DNA of 64,000 nucleotides from Candidatus Spongiisociaceae bacterium (GTDB lineage: Bacteria; Actinomycetota; Acidimicrobiia; Spongiisociales; Spongiisociaceae). The DNA is taken from the NCBI GenBank assembly GCA_965213975.1, contig OZ243930.1, positions 2,166,390-2,230,389 of the forward strand. The letters are read 5' to 3'. Each line of letters opens with the position of its first letter. Position 1 is the stretch's first letter. This document shows positions 56,619 through 64,000 of the stretch, piece after piece. The position numbers were made by a program, and so were the translations under genes. Under the pieces are notes generated by a model. The model was given only the letters and a program-made list of their open reading frames with translations. It did no database searches and was not told the origin of the DNA.

Positions 56619-57377
56619 CTACGCGGGAACGAACTCTGCGATGCGGAGGCCTAGGCTCTGGGCCCGGTTCAAGAAGACTCCCTGGGAGTCCGCAGGCCCA
56701 TGGGTCACGCCAGGCTTATACGCCCCACGGACCGCGGCTCGGACGGCGGCTCCAAGACAGACCGCGTCCAGGAAGCCCCTGTGATCCACGACCCCCCGGA
56801 CGAGGTGCCGTTCGGTGCCCGACTCCACGAACCGCACCTCAACGCGTATTCCATCCCATTCGGAAAGGGTGGGCGCGGGGTGGTAGGTCGTGTCCGGCCA
56901 AGGCAGATGACCGTCCGCCCAAGCGGCCCATAGAGGTCCTACTGGTTCGGGGAAGGTGATCGGCTTGCCTGACGCGAGGGGTTTGTCTTCGACAGTCCAG
57001 GCGAGCCGGGCCCCGAGGACCTGGGAGTTGGGCGGAAGAGCGGCCATCGCCACCGCGGATACCAGTCTGGCCCTCCCGATGGCGTCTCCAACGAGGACGC
57101 CTCCCGAAGTTGAGAAGCCTGGCGGTAGGGGGGATCCGACGACGACTGAGCCTCCGCATTCGAGCGTGGACCGGGTCAACGGCAGGTTGGTGTCGGACAG
57201 CGAACTCAACACAAGTACGGCCCAGTCGGGTCGGATGGCAGACCAGTCCTGACCCTCAAGGGAAATCACCTCAACGTCCGATTCGGAGGAGAGGACTCGA
57301 TTCAGTCGATTTCCTAGTTCGCCGCCGAGGTGAACAGCTACTCGATGGGTCACCGAGCGGCCGGGAGAGACCGCCAT
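56619..57377 (-). CDS. Hypothetical protein
   Basis: The 252-aa ORF has typical GC3 bias but no recognised motif. A separate upstream ORF in another frame (57350-57586) encodes a signal-peptide-like MRFLLFLGLVALGAVVLLLSG. Confidence 0.45.
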   Translation of the reverse strand: MAVSPGRSVTHRVAVHLGGELGNRLNRVLSSESDVEVISLEGQDWSAIRPDWAVLVLSSLSDTNLPLTRSTLECGGSVVVGSPLPPGFSTSGGVLVGDAIGRARLVSAVAMAALPPNSQVLGARLAWTVEDKPLASGKPITFPEPVGPLWAAWADGHLPWPDTTYHPAPTLSEWDGIRVEVRFVESGTERHLVRGVVDHRGFLDAVCLGAAVRAAVRGAYKPGVTHGPADSQGVFLNRAQSLGLRIAEFVPA

Positions 57378-57708
57378 GAGCCAAGCTCGGGCGACGGTGG
57401 TCGGGCCGGTCGGCCCCTTCCCGACAGCAGCAGAACAACCGCGCCCAAGGCCACCAAACCAAGAAAAAGTAGGAACCGCATACGCGGTGAGTCTAGACCG
57501 TGGGTCTCGCGGCCTGTGGCCAGCTTGGGCCGGGGTTGTTTCGGAGGTCTTCGGCCCGTTCTTGGTGGTTGTGGGCTTAGGCGCACCCCGGGCTAGAGAC
57601 CCAACCGGGGGGAAGTTTCCAAGCTATTCGCGCCTGCCCTTGGGTGTCCTATCATGTCCGAGAGTTGCCCCTTCTTGGAGGCAGAATCCTCGGCCAAGGT
57701 AATGAGCT

Positions 57709-58911
57709 ATGAGTGACTCCGGTTTCGCCCGATTTCGCCGTCGGTTTTGGATGCCTCCCCGCGCCCACGGAGAGGTCATAACCGACCGAAGCGTCAGTTT
57801 CCTTGAGCTTTTCTATGACCTGGTTTACGTGGTGGTCATTGCCCGGGCCGCTCACACCCTGGCTAAGGACGTCACTTGGCGGAGTGTGGGAGAGTTCGCG
57901 GTGGTCTTCGGTTTGATCTGGCTCGCCTGGGTGAACGGTACGTCTTACTACGAGTTGCATGGCCGGGAGGACGGGCGAACTCGGGTCTTCGTCTTCATTC
58001 AGATGATGCTCCTCGCGCTGCTGGCAGTCTTCACGGCCGACGCCGCCGGAGAGTCAGGAACAGAGTTCGCCATCGTCTACGTGCTGTACATGGCGGTGCT
58101 CTGTTGGTTGTGGTACACGGTTCGGCGTCAGGACTCCGAGGAGTTCATGGCTGTCACCGGCCGTTATCTGGCCGGGATGCTCTTCTCGATCGGGGTAATG
58201 TCGGTCAGCGCCTTTCTGCCCACCGAAGTCCGACTGTGGATCTGGGCCGGGTTCGTCGTGATGTGGGTCGGGATGAGTTTGGTCCTAGCCAGGGACGGCC
58301 CCATGGACAACGCCATCACCATCACGCATTCCATGGTCGAGCGATTCGGCCTGTTTGTCATCATCGTGCTGGGCGAGGTGGTGGTTGGTGTTGTGGATGG
58401 TCTCTCGGAAGCCGAGCGCGATTTTCGCTCGATCGCTACCGGGTTGATCGGCTTGAGTGTCGGTTTTGCCTATTGGTGGACCTATTTTGACTTTGTGGGT
58501 CAGCGCCTTCCGGTTGATGCCGCCCGGGTGAGGATCAGGTGGATGTTCTCGCACCTGCCGGTCACCCTTTCGATCGCGGCTGCTGGCGCGGCGATGGTAA
58601 GCCTGATCGAGCATGCCGGGGATGATCATGCCCCAACATCGACGGCGTGGCTGCTGGGCGGCTCGGTCACTGTCGGCCTGATGGCGCTGATCCTGATCAT
58701 CCGCACCCTCCGGGACTTCCCACGGCTATCGGCGATCTACCAACCCCTTGCCTGGATCATGGTGTTGGCCTCGGCCCTCGCTGTCTTGCTCGCCTACCTG
58801 GCCCCTCCTCCCTGGCTGTTCGCCCTCAGCTTGGTGGTGATCTTGGCGGGGGTCTGGGCCTTTGCCGTGAGCCGGTGGATGCGCTTAGGGGACACAGAAT
58901 CGATTCGATAG
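57709..58911 (+). CDS. ltrA: Low-temperature-requirement A (LtrA) family membrane protein
   Basis: The protein contains ...RSVSFLELFYDLVYVVVIARAAH... and about 10 TM helices, matching the LtrA signature. Confidence 0.85.
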   Translation: MSDSGFARFRRRFWMPPRAHGEVITDRSVSFLELFYDLVYVVVIARAAHTLAKDVTWRSVGEFAVVFGLIWLAWVNGTSYYELHGREDGRTRVFVFIQMMLLALLAVFTADAAGESGTEFAIVYVLYMAVLCWLWYTVRRQDSEEFMAVTGRYLAGMLFSIGVMSVSAFLPTEVRLWIWAGFVVMWVGMSLVLARDGPMDNAITITHSMVERFGLFVIIVLGEVVVGVVDGLSEAERDFRSIATGLIGLSVGFAYWWTYFDFVGQRLPVDAARVRIRWMFSHLPVTLSIAAAGAAMVSLIEHAGDDHAPTSTAWLLGGSVTVGLMALILIIRTLRDFPRLSAIYQPLAWIMVLASALAVLLAYLAPPPWLFALSLVVILAGVWAFAVSRWMRLGDTESIR

Positions 58912-59087
58912 GGCCGCCCGTAACCCCCACCGGTCAACACCCCGGCCGCCGGGAGCGGCCCGCACTCCGGTCAACACCCCCGAACCAATTCGGGGCAACC
59001 CTAAGATGTGGCCCAAGTCAACAGGAACCTTCGCACCCAACCCGAACTTAGGGCACCCTTAGGACACACCGTCGGTCAGGAGCAGCA

Positions 59088-60434
59088 ATGCAGGTCGAGG
59101 CTATACCCACCGCCGGACTGGGTGACACAACCTATTTGGTGGTGCACGACGGGGTAGGCGTAGTCGTCGACCCTCAACGAGACGTGGACAGGTTCGAGGA
59201 GGCCATCGCTGCCACCGATGCCCAGATCAGGTATGTGGTTGAGACCCATATCCACAATGACTACATCTCGGGTGGAGGCGAACTGGCCCGACGCACCGGC
59301 GCGGAGCTGGTGTTGCCCGCTGGAGCCGGGGCGGCGTTTGCGCATTCTCCGGCCTTCCACATGGAGGATATCGTGGCGGGCTCGATGGTGGTAAGGCCCA
59401 TTCACACCCCCGGACATACACCCGAACATTCCAGCTACCTGGTGCTGGTAGAGGGAGAAGACCCGATCTTGTTCTCGGGCGGCAGCCTCCTGGCGGGAAC
59501 AGCCGGGAGGACTGATCTCTTAGGTGATGAGCGAGCTCATCAGCTGGCGCGACTGCAGCACGGTTCCATCCACCGCCTATCCCGACTGCCTGCCGCTACC
59601 GTGCTCTACCCCACCCACGGGCTTGGCTCCTTCTGTGCGGCTTCTGAGGCGGGGCGTGATGTCTCTACCGTCGGACGGGAAAGAAAGACCAACCCAGCGC
59701 TCGCTTACCCCGATCCTGCCTCGTTCGCCTCCGGCCACCTAGCGGGCCTAGGCCCTTACCCCGACTACTACGCGCAGATGGGTCCGAACAACCTAATGGG
59801 TCCCCCACCCTTCCCCGCCGTGTCGCTGCAAACCCTTGACCCCGGCGAGCTACCACCGGGCGCAGCCGTGATCGACGTGCGCTCCCGGCAAGCCTTTGCT
59901 GCGGGCCATCTACCGGGCTCGATCGGGTTGGAGGCGAGCGACAACGTGGCGGTATGGGCTGGGTGGCTCTTACCCTTCAACACCGAGATCGTGATAGTGG
60001 CCGAGGACACCCAAGATATTGACGGAATCGTTCGGCAGTTCTACCGCATCGGTTTCGATCGGGTATCGGGCATCGTTCGTCGGTTAGGAGAAGCCTGCCT
60101 ACCTCTGGTCGAGCTCGAGTCCCATTCCGCCGCGTCGTTAGCGCAGGCCCTCGCCAACGGGCAGGACCTGCAGCTACTCGACGTGCGGTCTGCGGAGGAG
60201 TGGGGGGCCGGACACATACCCGGTTCTCTTCATCGCTACCTCCCGGATCTCAAGGGCGGCCTCCCAGAAGGGGTCGATCGCGATCGTGAGTTGTGGGTGG
60301 TTTGCGGAACCGGGTATCGGGCTACTGCGGCGGTTGCCTTCGTGGAGGCGGAAGGGGTGAGACCGGTAGTGGTTAATAGGGGTGGCGTGGGGGAGGCGCT
60401 GGCCGCGTTGGGCAGCGCGGCGGGCGAGGCCTAA
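59088..60434 (+). CDS. MBL-fold persulfide-dioxygenase-like domain fused to tandem rhodanese domains (CstB/Blh-like)
   Basis: The N-terminal metallo-beta-lactamase region reads HIHNDYISGG...HTPGHTPEH. Two rhodanese modules follow, with active-site Cys residues in the ...VCGTGYRA... and HRY contexts. Confidence 0.8.
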   Translation: MQVEAIPTAGLGDTTYLVVHDGVGVVVDPQRDVDRFEEAIAATDAQIRYVVETHIHNDYISGGGELARRTGAELVLPAGAGAAFAHSPAFHMEDIVAGSMVVRPIHTPGHTPEHSSYLVLVEGEDPILFSGGSLLAGTAGRTDLLGDERAHQLARLQHGSIHRLSRLPAATVLYPTHGLGSFCAASEAGRDVSTVGRERKTNPALAYPDPASFASGHLAGLGPYPDYYAQMGPNNLMGPPPFPAVSLQTLDPGELPPGAAVIDVRSRQAFAAGHLPGSIGLEASDNVAVWAGWLLPFNTEIVIVAEDTQDIDGIVRQFYRIGFDRVSGIVRRLGEACLPLVELESHSAASLAQALANGQDLQLLDVRSAEEWGAGHIPGSLHRYLPDLKGGLPEGVDRDRELWVVCGTGYRATAAVAFVEAEGVRPVVVNRGGVGEALAALGSAAGEA

Positions 60435-60437
60435 GCG

Positions 60438-62018
60438 GTGCAGTACGGCTTCATCATTGATCAGACCGCCTGTATCGGTTGCCATGCCTGCACGGTGGCA
60501 TGCAAGACGGAGCACGAGGTACCGCTGGGGGTCAATCGAACCTGGGTGAAGTACATAGAACAGGGTTCATGGCCCGATACCACTCGCTCGTTCTCGGTGA
60601 TGCGATGCAACCACTGCTCAGACGCCCCCTGCGTGACGATCTGCCCCACCGGTGCCCTGTTCAAGCGGGAGGATGGGATCGTAGACTTCGATACCAGCCT
60701 ATGCATCGGCTGCAAGAGCTGCATGCAGGCTTGTCCTTACGACGCTATCTATATCGATCCGGATGATCACACCGCCCAAAAGTGCAACTATTGCGTCCAC
60801 CGAGTGGAGGTGGGTCTCGAACCGGCCTGTGTGGTGGTGTGTCCGGAGGGAGCGATCATCTCCGGTCTGGTTGACGATCCCAGCACCCCGATCTCGCGCA
60901 TGCTGGCCGCCGAGCCCCTTCTTCAGCGATCGCCTGAGCAGAACACTCGTCCCAACCTCTGGTATCGAGGGGGTACAGAGGCATCCATCGATCCTCTCGG
61001 CGCGGTCGATCCAGGCGATGGAGGCTTGTGGCGGGACCCGGCACCGGGGTTCCTGTCGGTTGATCTCACGCCGGACAGTCGGAGGCGTCCCGGCCTGGGA
61101 GCCGCGGCCGGGCTAGATCGTCCCGCGCCGGATAAACCGGCCCGGGTTGTCTATGACACCGACCATCCCATGCCGTGGGGGTGGCGGGTGTCGAGTTATT
61201 TCCTTACCAAGGGCATCTCGGCTGGCCTGGTGATAGTTCTGGCGATCGCGCTGGCCGCGGGAGGGGATAGCACCGCTTCCTTCGCCCGCTGGGGTGCCCC
61301 TCTGATCGCCGGGTTCTTCCTAGCGCTCACCGGCGGGTTGTTGGTAGCGGACCTCAAGCGACCCGAACGGTTCTTCTACATACTCTCCAAAGGCAATCCC
61401 GGATCGTGGCTGGTGCGAGGGGCATGGATCCTTAGTGCCTACGGGCTGGTGTTGGCCGTCTGGTTGCTATGCGGGTTGTTCTTCCCGCACCTTACGGTGC
61501 CGCTGGTCTGGACGGCGGCGGTGCTCGGGTTAGGGGTGGCTGGCTACACGGCCTTCTTGTTCGGACAGGCGGAAGGGCGGGATCTTTGGCAAAGCCGACT
61601 GCTGCTCTGGCACATGTTGGCGGGGGCGCTAGCGGTGGGTGGAGGTTCCGCCCTGGTGTCGACCGGATTACTCGGGATGGGAATGGGGTCGACCGCGGAG
61701 AGAGTGTTCGGTCTGACCATGATGCTGGGAGCTGGTTCCCTCGGGCTCATCACTGCCCTTGAACTTCGTCTGGGCCACCAAACTGCCAACGCCCGCGCTG
61801 GCCTATTCCATCTGACCAGAGGCGCTTGGGCCCGAGAATGGTGGCTGGGCGGCCATCTCTTGGGTGTCCTAGTCCCGGTCGTGGCCGGGGGGGTCTTCCT
61901 CCTTCGTGGCGCCGATGCCAGCTGGGTGGCGATGATAGGTGGGGTAGTCGGGATGGTGGGCCTATGGCTGGCGGACGACGCGTTTGTGAGAGCTGGCCAG
62001 AGCCCGCCTCTCTCCTGA
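60438..62018 (+). CDS. 4Fe-4S dicluster (PsrB/DmsB-like) domain fused to an NrfD/PsrC-like polytopic membrane quinol-interaction domain
   Basis: The N-terminal 170 aa have four Cys clusters (CIGCHACTVAC ; CNHCSDAPCVTICP ; CIGCKSCMQACP ; CNYCVHRVE...CVVVCP). The C-terminal ~330 aa have 8-9 TM helices of NrfD type. Confidence 0.8.
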   Translation: MQYGFIIDQTACIGCHACTVACKTEHEVPLGVNRTWVKYIEQGSWPDTTRSFSVMRCNHCSDAPCVTICPTGALFKREDGIVDFDTSLCIGCKSCMQACPYDAIYIDPDDHTAQKCNYCVHRVEVGLEPACVVVCPEGAIISGLVDDPSTPISRMLAAEPLLQRSPEQNTRPNLWYRGGTEASIDPLGAVDPGDGGLWRDPAPGFLSVDLTPDSRRRPGLGAAAGLDRPAPDKPARVVYDTDHPMPWGWRVSSYFLTKGISAGLVIVLAIALAAGGDSTASFARWGAPLIAGFFLALTGGLLVADLKRPERFFYILSKGNPGSWLVRGAWILSAYGLVLAVWLLCGLFFPHLTVPLVWTAAVLGLGVAGYTAFLFGQAEGRDLWQSRLLLWHMLAGALAVGGGSALVSTGLLGMGMGSTAERVFGLTMMLGAGSLGLITALELRLGHQTANARAGLFHLTRGAWAREWWLGGHLLGVLVPVVAGGVFLLRGADASWVAMIGGVVGMVGLWLADDAFVRAGQSPPLS

Positions 62019-62037
62019 CGAAGTTAGGCGCACGCTC

Positions 62038-62955
62038 TTGCCCATCCGTGGCCGCTCCCTAACGAGGCTGCTCTCTACCGCCGAGGGATCTCGAGTAGGC
62101 GCATTCGGTGCCACCGAATGGGGGCTATTGGTCGGGGTGGCGCTGATATGGGGATCTTCGTACCTGCTGATTGACATCAGCTTGGAAGGAATGCAACCTC
62201 CGGTGATCGCCTGGACGAGGAGCTTGCTGGGATGCGTGATCCTCGCCGCCTTCCCGGCTGCCCGTCGGCGTATAGATCGGTCAGATCTGGGCAAAATGGC
62301 GCTGCTCAGCCTTACGTGGGTAGCGGTGCCTTTCATGCTGTTTCCTCTTGCGCAGCAGCACATAGATTCGGCCCTCGCCGGGATGCTCAACGCGCTGGTT
62401 CCGATTTGGAGCACGCTGATCACGGCGCTTCTCCTCAAAGCCCGACCCAAGCCCCGCTTGGTCATGGGGATTCTCGTCGGATGTCTGGGTGCCGTGCTCA
62501 TCGGGTATCCCCCAGCGCGGGAGTCCGAGGCGGGAGCGTTAGGTGTTGCCCTGGTAGTCATCGCCACGCTTCTGTACGGCCTTTCGCTGAACACCGCCGT
62601 GCCGCTTCAGCAACGCTATGGGGCACCCACCGTGATGATGTGGGCTTTAGGGGCGTCGGCGATCGCACTTACCCCGCTTAGCGCCGCTGTGATCAATGAA
62701 TCGGACTGGACGTTTCCTTCCATGATCAGCGTGGGCATCCTGGGAACACTCAACACCGGGGGCGGCTACGTGATCATGGCAGCACTGGTCGGCCGGGTCG
62801 GTTCGGCAAGAGGCAGCGTTGCCGTGTTTTTCCTACCGGTCGTGGCCGCGTCCCTCGGGGTGATATTCAGGGGCGACACTCTGGTCGTATTTCAGCTGTT
62901 CGGTATGGGGCTGGTCATGGTAGGTGCGTGGCTAAGCAGCCGACGGCACAATTAG
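62038..62955 (+). CDS. EamA/DMT-family transporter
   Basis: The protein has two EamA repeats and 10 TM helices. The start is uncertain. Confidence 0.7.
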   Translation: MPIRGRSLTRLLSTAEGSRVGAFGATEWGLLVGVALIWGSSYLLIDISLEGMQPPVIAWTRSLLGCVILAAFPAARRRIDRSDLGKMALLSLTWVAVPFMLFPLAQQHIDSALAGMLNALVPIWSTLITALLLKARPKPRLVMGILVGCLGAVLIGYPPARESEAGALGVALVVIATLLYGLSLNTAVPLQQRYGAPTVMMWALGASAIALTPLSAAVINESDWTFPSMISVGILGTLNTGGGYVIMAALVGRVGSARGSVAVFFLPVVAASLGVIFRGDTLVVFQLFGMGLVMVGAWLSSRRHN

Positions 62956-63068
62956 GCGCAAGGCTCGGGTCCCCAAAGTCTCCCCGGGGGCGACTGCTCG
63001 GCCGAGCTGCTTGAGCGGGTATGTTGTTGACGAGCCTCAGAGTAAGAGAGCGACTCTTGGTGCCCCAC

Positions 63069-63467
63069 TCAGTCGGGTGGCAGGCGAAGCAACTCGCTTC
63101 GCACCATAATCTCCCCCCGGAACTGCCGCCTCTGCTGCCTCAACGCCTCAACCGCGGCCAGAGCGGCGTTTCTCTGGCTTCTCATCTCCCTAAGTCGGGT
63201 TCGGAGCCGGAGGTTCTCTTCGCTGAGGGAGATAATGTGCTTTACCCCCTCAATGTTGATTCCCTGCGCGGTGAGGTCTTGGATCATCGAGAGGCGATCG
63301 AGGTCGGCGTCCGAGTAGCGTCTGGTACCTCCGGGGGTTCGGAATGGCTCGAGAAGGCCGCGCCGTTCGTAGACGCGCAGGGTCTGCGGATGCATGCCAG
63401 CCAAGGCGGCAGCCACCGATATGACATAGACCGCTTCCATCTCCGGTCGGATACCCTCGTCGGCCAT
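63069..63467 (-). CDS. hspR: Heat-shock repressor HspR (MerR family)
   Basis: The MerR HTH reads YVISVAAALAGMHPQTLRVYERRGLLEPFRTPGGTRRYSDADLDRL. The gene lies immediately downstream of dnaJ. Confidence 0.85.
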   Translation of the reverse strand: MADEGIRPEMEAVYVISVAAALAGMHPQTLRVYERRGLLEPFRTPGGTRRYSDADLDRLSMIQDLTAQGINIEGVKHIISLSEENLRLRTRLREMRSQRNAALAAVEALRQQRRQFRGEIMVRSELLRLPPD

Positions 63468-63479
63468 TTCGAACCCCCT

Positions 63480-64000
63480 TCAGGACAGATGTTCTCTAGG
63501 GTCGGCGTTCTCGTACTTTTCCTTGAAATCCTTGAGGAGCTTCTTCGCATCCCGCGGCAAGCCTTCAGGGACCATCACCTGGGTAGTGACCAGTAAGTCG
63601 CCGCTGCGGAACCGGTCGTGGCGCACACCCTCCTTGCGTATACGGAAAGTCTTACCTGATGGGGTACCGGGAGGAATCCTCAAGGTGACCGATCCGGCCA
63701 TAGTGGGGACCTTCACCTTGGTCCCTAGAGCAGCCTCGGTAAAGGTCAAGGGAAGCTGCAGGGTGAGATCGTCGTTCTTCCTAGAGAAGAACGGATGTGA
63801 GCGGACCCTGACCTGCACCATGAGATCCCCAGCAGGTCCGCCTGAACTCCCCGGGTTGCCCCGGCCTCTTACTCGGATCGTTGCGCCATCCTTGACGCCC
63901 GGAGGGATGCGAACCCGAACGGCCCGGGATCTGGTCTCGTGCCCGGATCCTCGACAGGCACGGCATCTCTTCTCGATGGTTCGTCCGGAACCGCCGCAGG
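63480..64000 (-). CDS. dnaJ: Chaperone DnaJ, C-terminal part (the gene continues beyond the window end)
   Basis: An open frame to the window edge reads ...CGGSGRTIEKRCRACRGSGHETRSRAVRVRIPPGVKDGATIRVRGRGNPG...DLMVQVRVRSHPFFSRKNDDL.... This covers the Zn-finger CxxCxGxG repeats and the C-terminal beta domain. Confidence 0.9.
   Translation of the reverse strand, partial: CGGSGRTIEKRCRACRGSGHETRSRAVRVRIPPGVKDGATIRVRGRGNPGSSGGPAGDLMVQVRVRSHPFFSRKNDDLTLQLPLTFTEAALGTKVKVPTMAGSVTLRIPPGTPSGKTFRIRKEGVRHDRFRSGDLLVTTQVMVPEGLPRDAKKLLKDFKEKYENADPREHLS

Overview
This is a high-GC (about 65-70%) chromosomal segment, apparently actinobacterial (possibly Acidimicrobiia-like), spanning the replication origin. 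The origin core is rpmH-rnpA-yidD-yidC-jag on the minus strand facing dnaA-[oriC]-dnaN-recF-DUF721-gyrB-gyrA on the plus strand. Upstream of it lie parA/parB with one perfect parS site, and trxB/trxA. Other recognisable content includes a BtuFCD-like ABC importer behind a probable cobalamin riboswitch, tadA, four tRNAs (Ser-CGA, Ser-GGA, Leu-CAG, Pro-CGG), a candidate SRP RNA, serS, selA-selB, asd-ask, cca, a peptide-type ABC transporter, a phosphotriesterase homolog, a persulfide-dioxygenase/rhodanese plus FeS-NrfD pair, and hspR-dnaJ at the right edge. The accessory content sits in two small tRNA-adjacent islets. The first follows tRNA-Ser(GGA) at about 4.3-7.9 kb. It carries a Phd/VapC toxin-antitoxin (TA) module and a 754-aa GmrSD-like DUF262 protein with a C-terminal AlbA_2/Schlafen-like domain, which I consider the most interesting candidate defence gene in the window. 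The second follows tRNA-Leu at about 11.2-12.6 kb. It carries a C-terminal remnant of a type I restriction HsdR gene and a DUF433/DUF5615 TA-like pair. Further oddities are a frameshifted trxB, a PfkB kinase remnant followed by an ~820-nt gene-free, lower-GC stretch, a stand-alone membrane pseudokinase, a tandem DUF3566 duplication, and selAB without a visible selC. No CRISPR array, integrase or IS element is evident.
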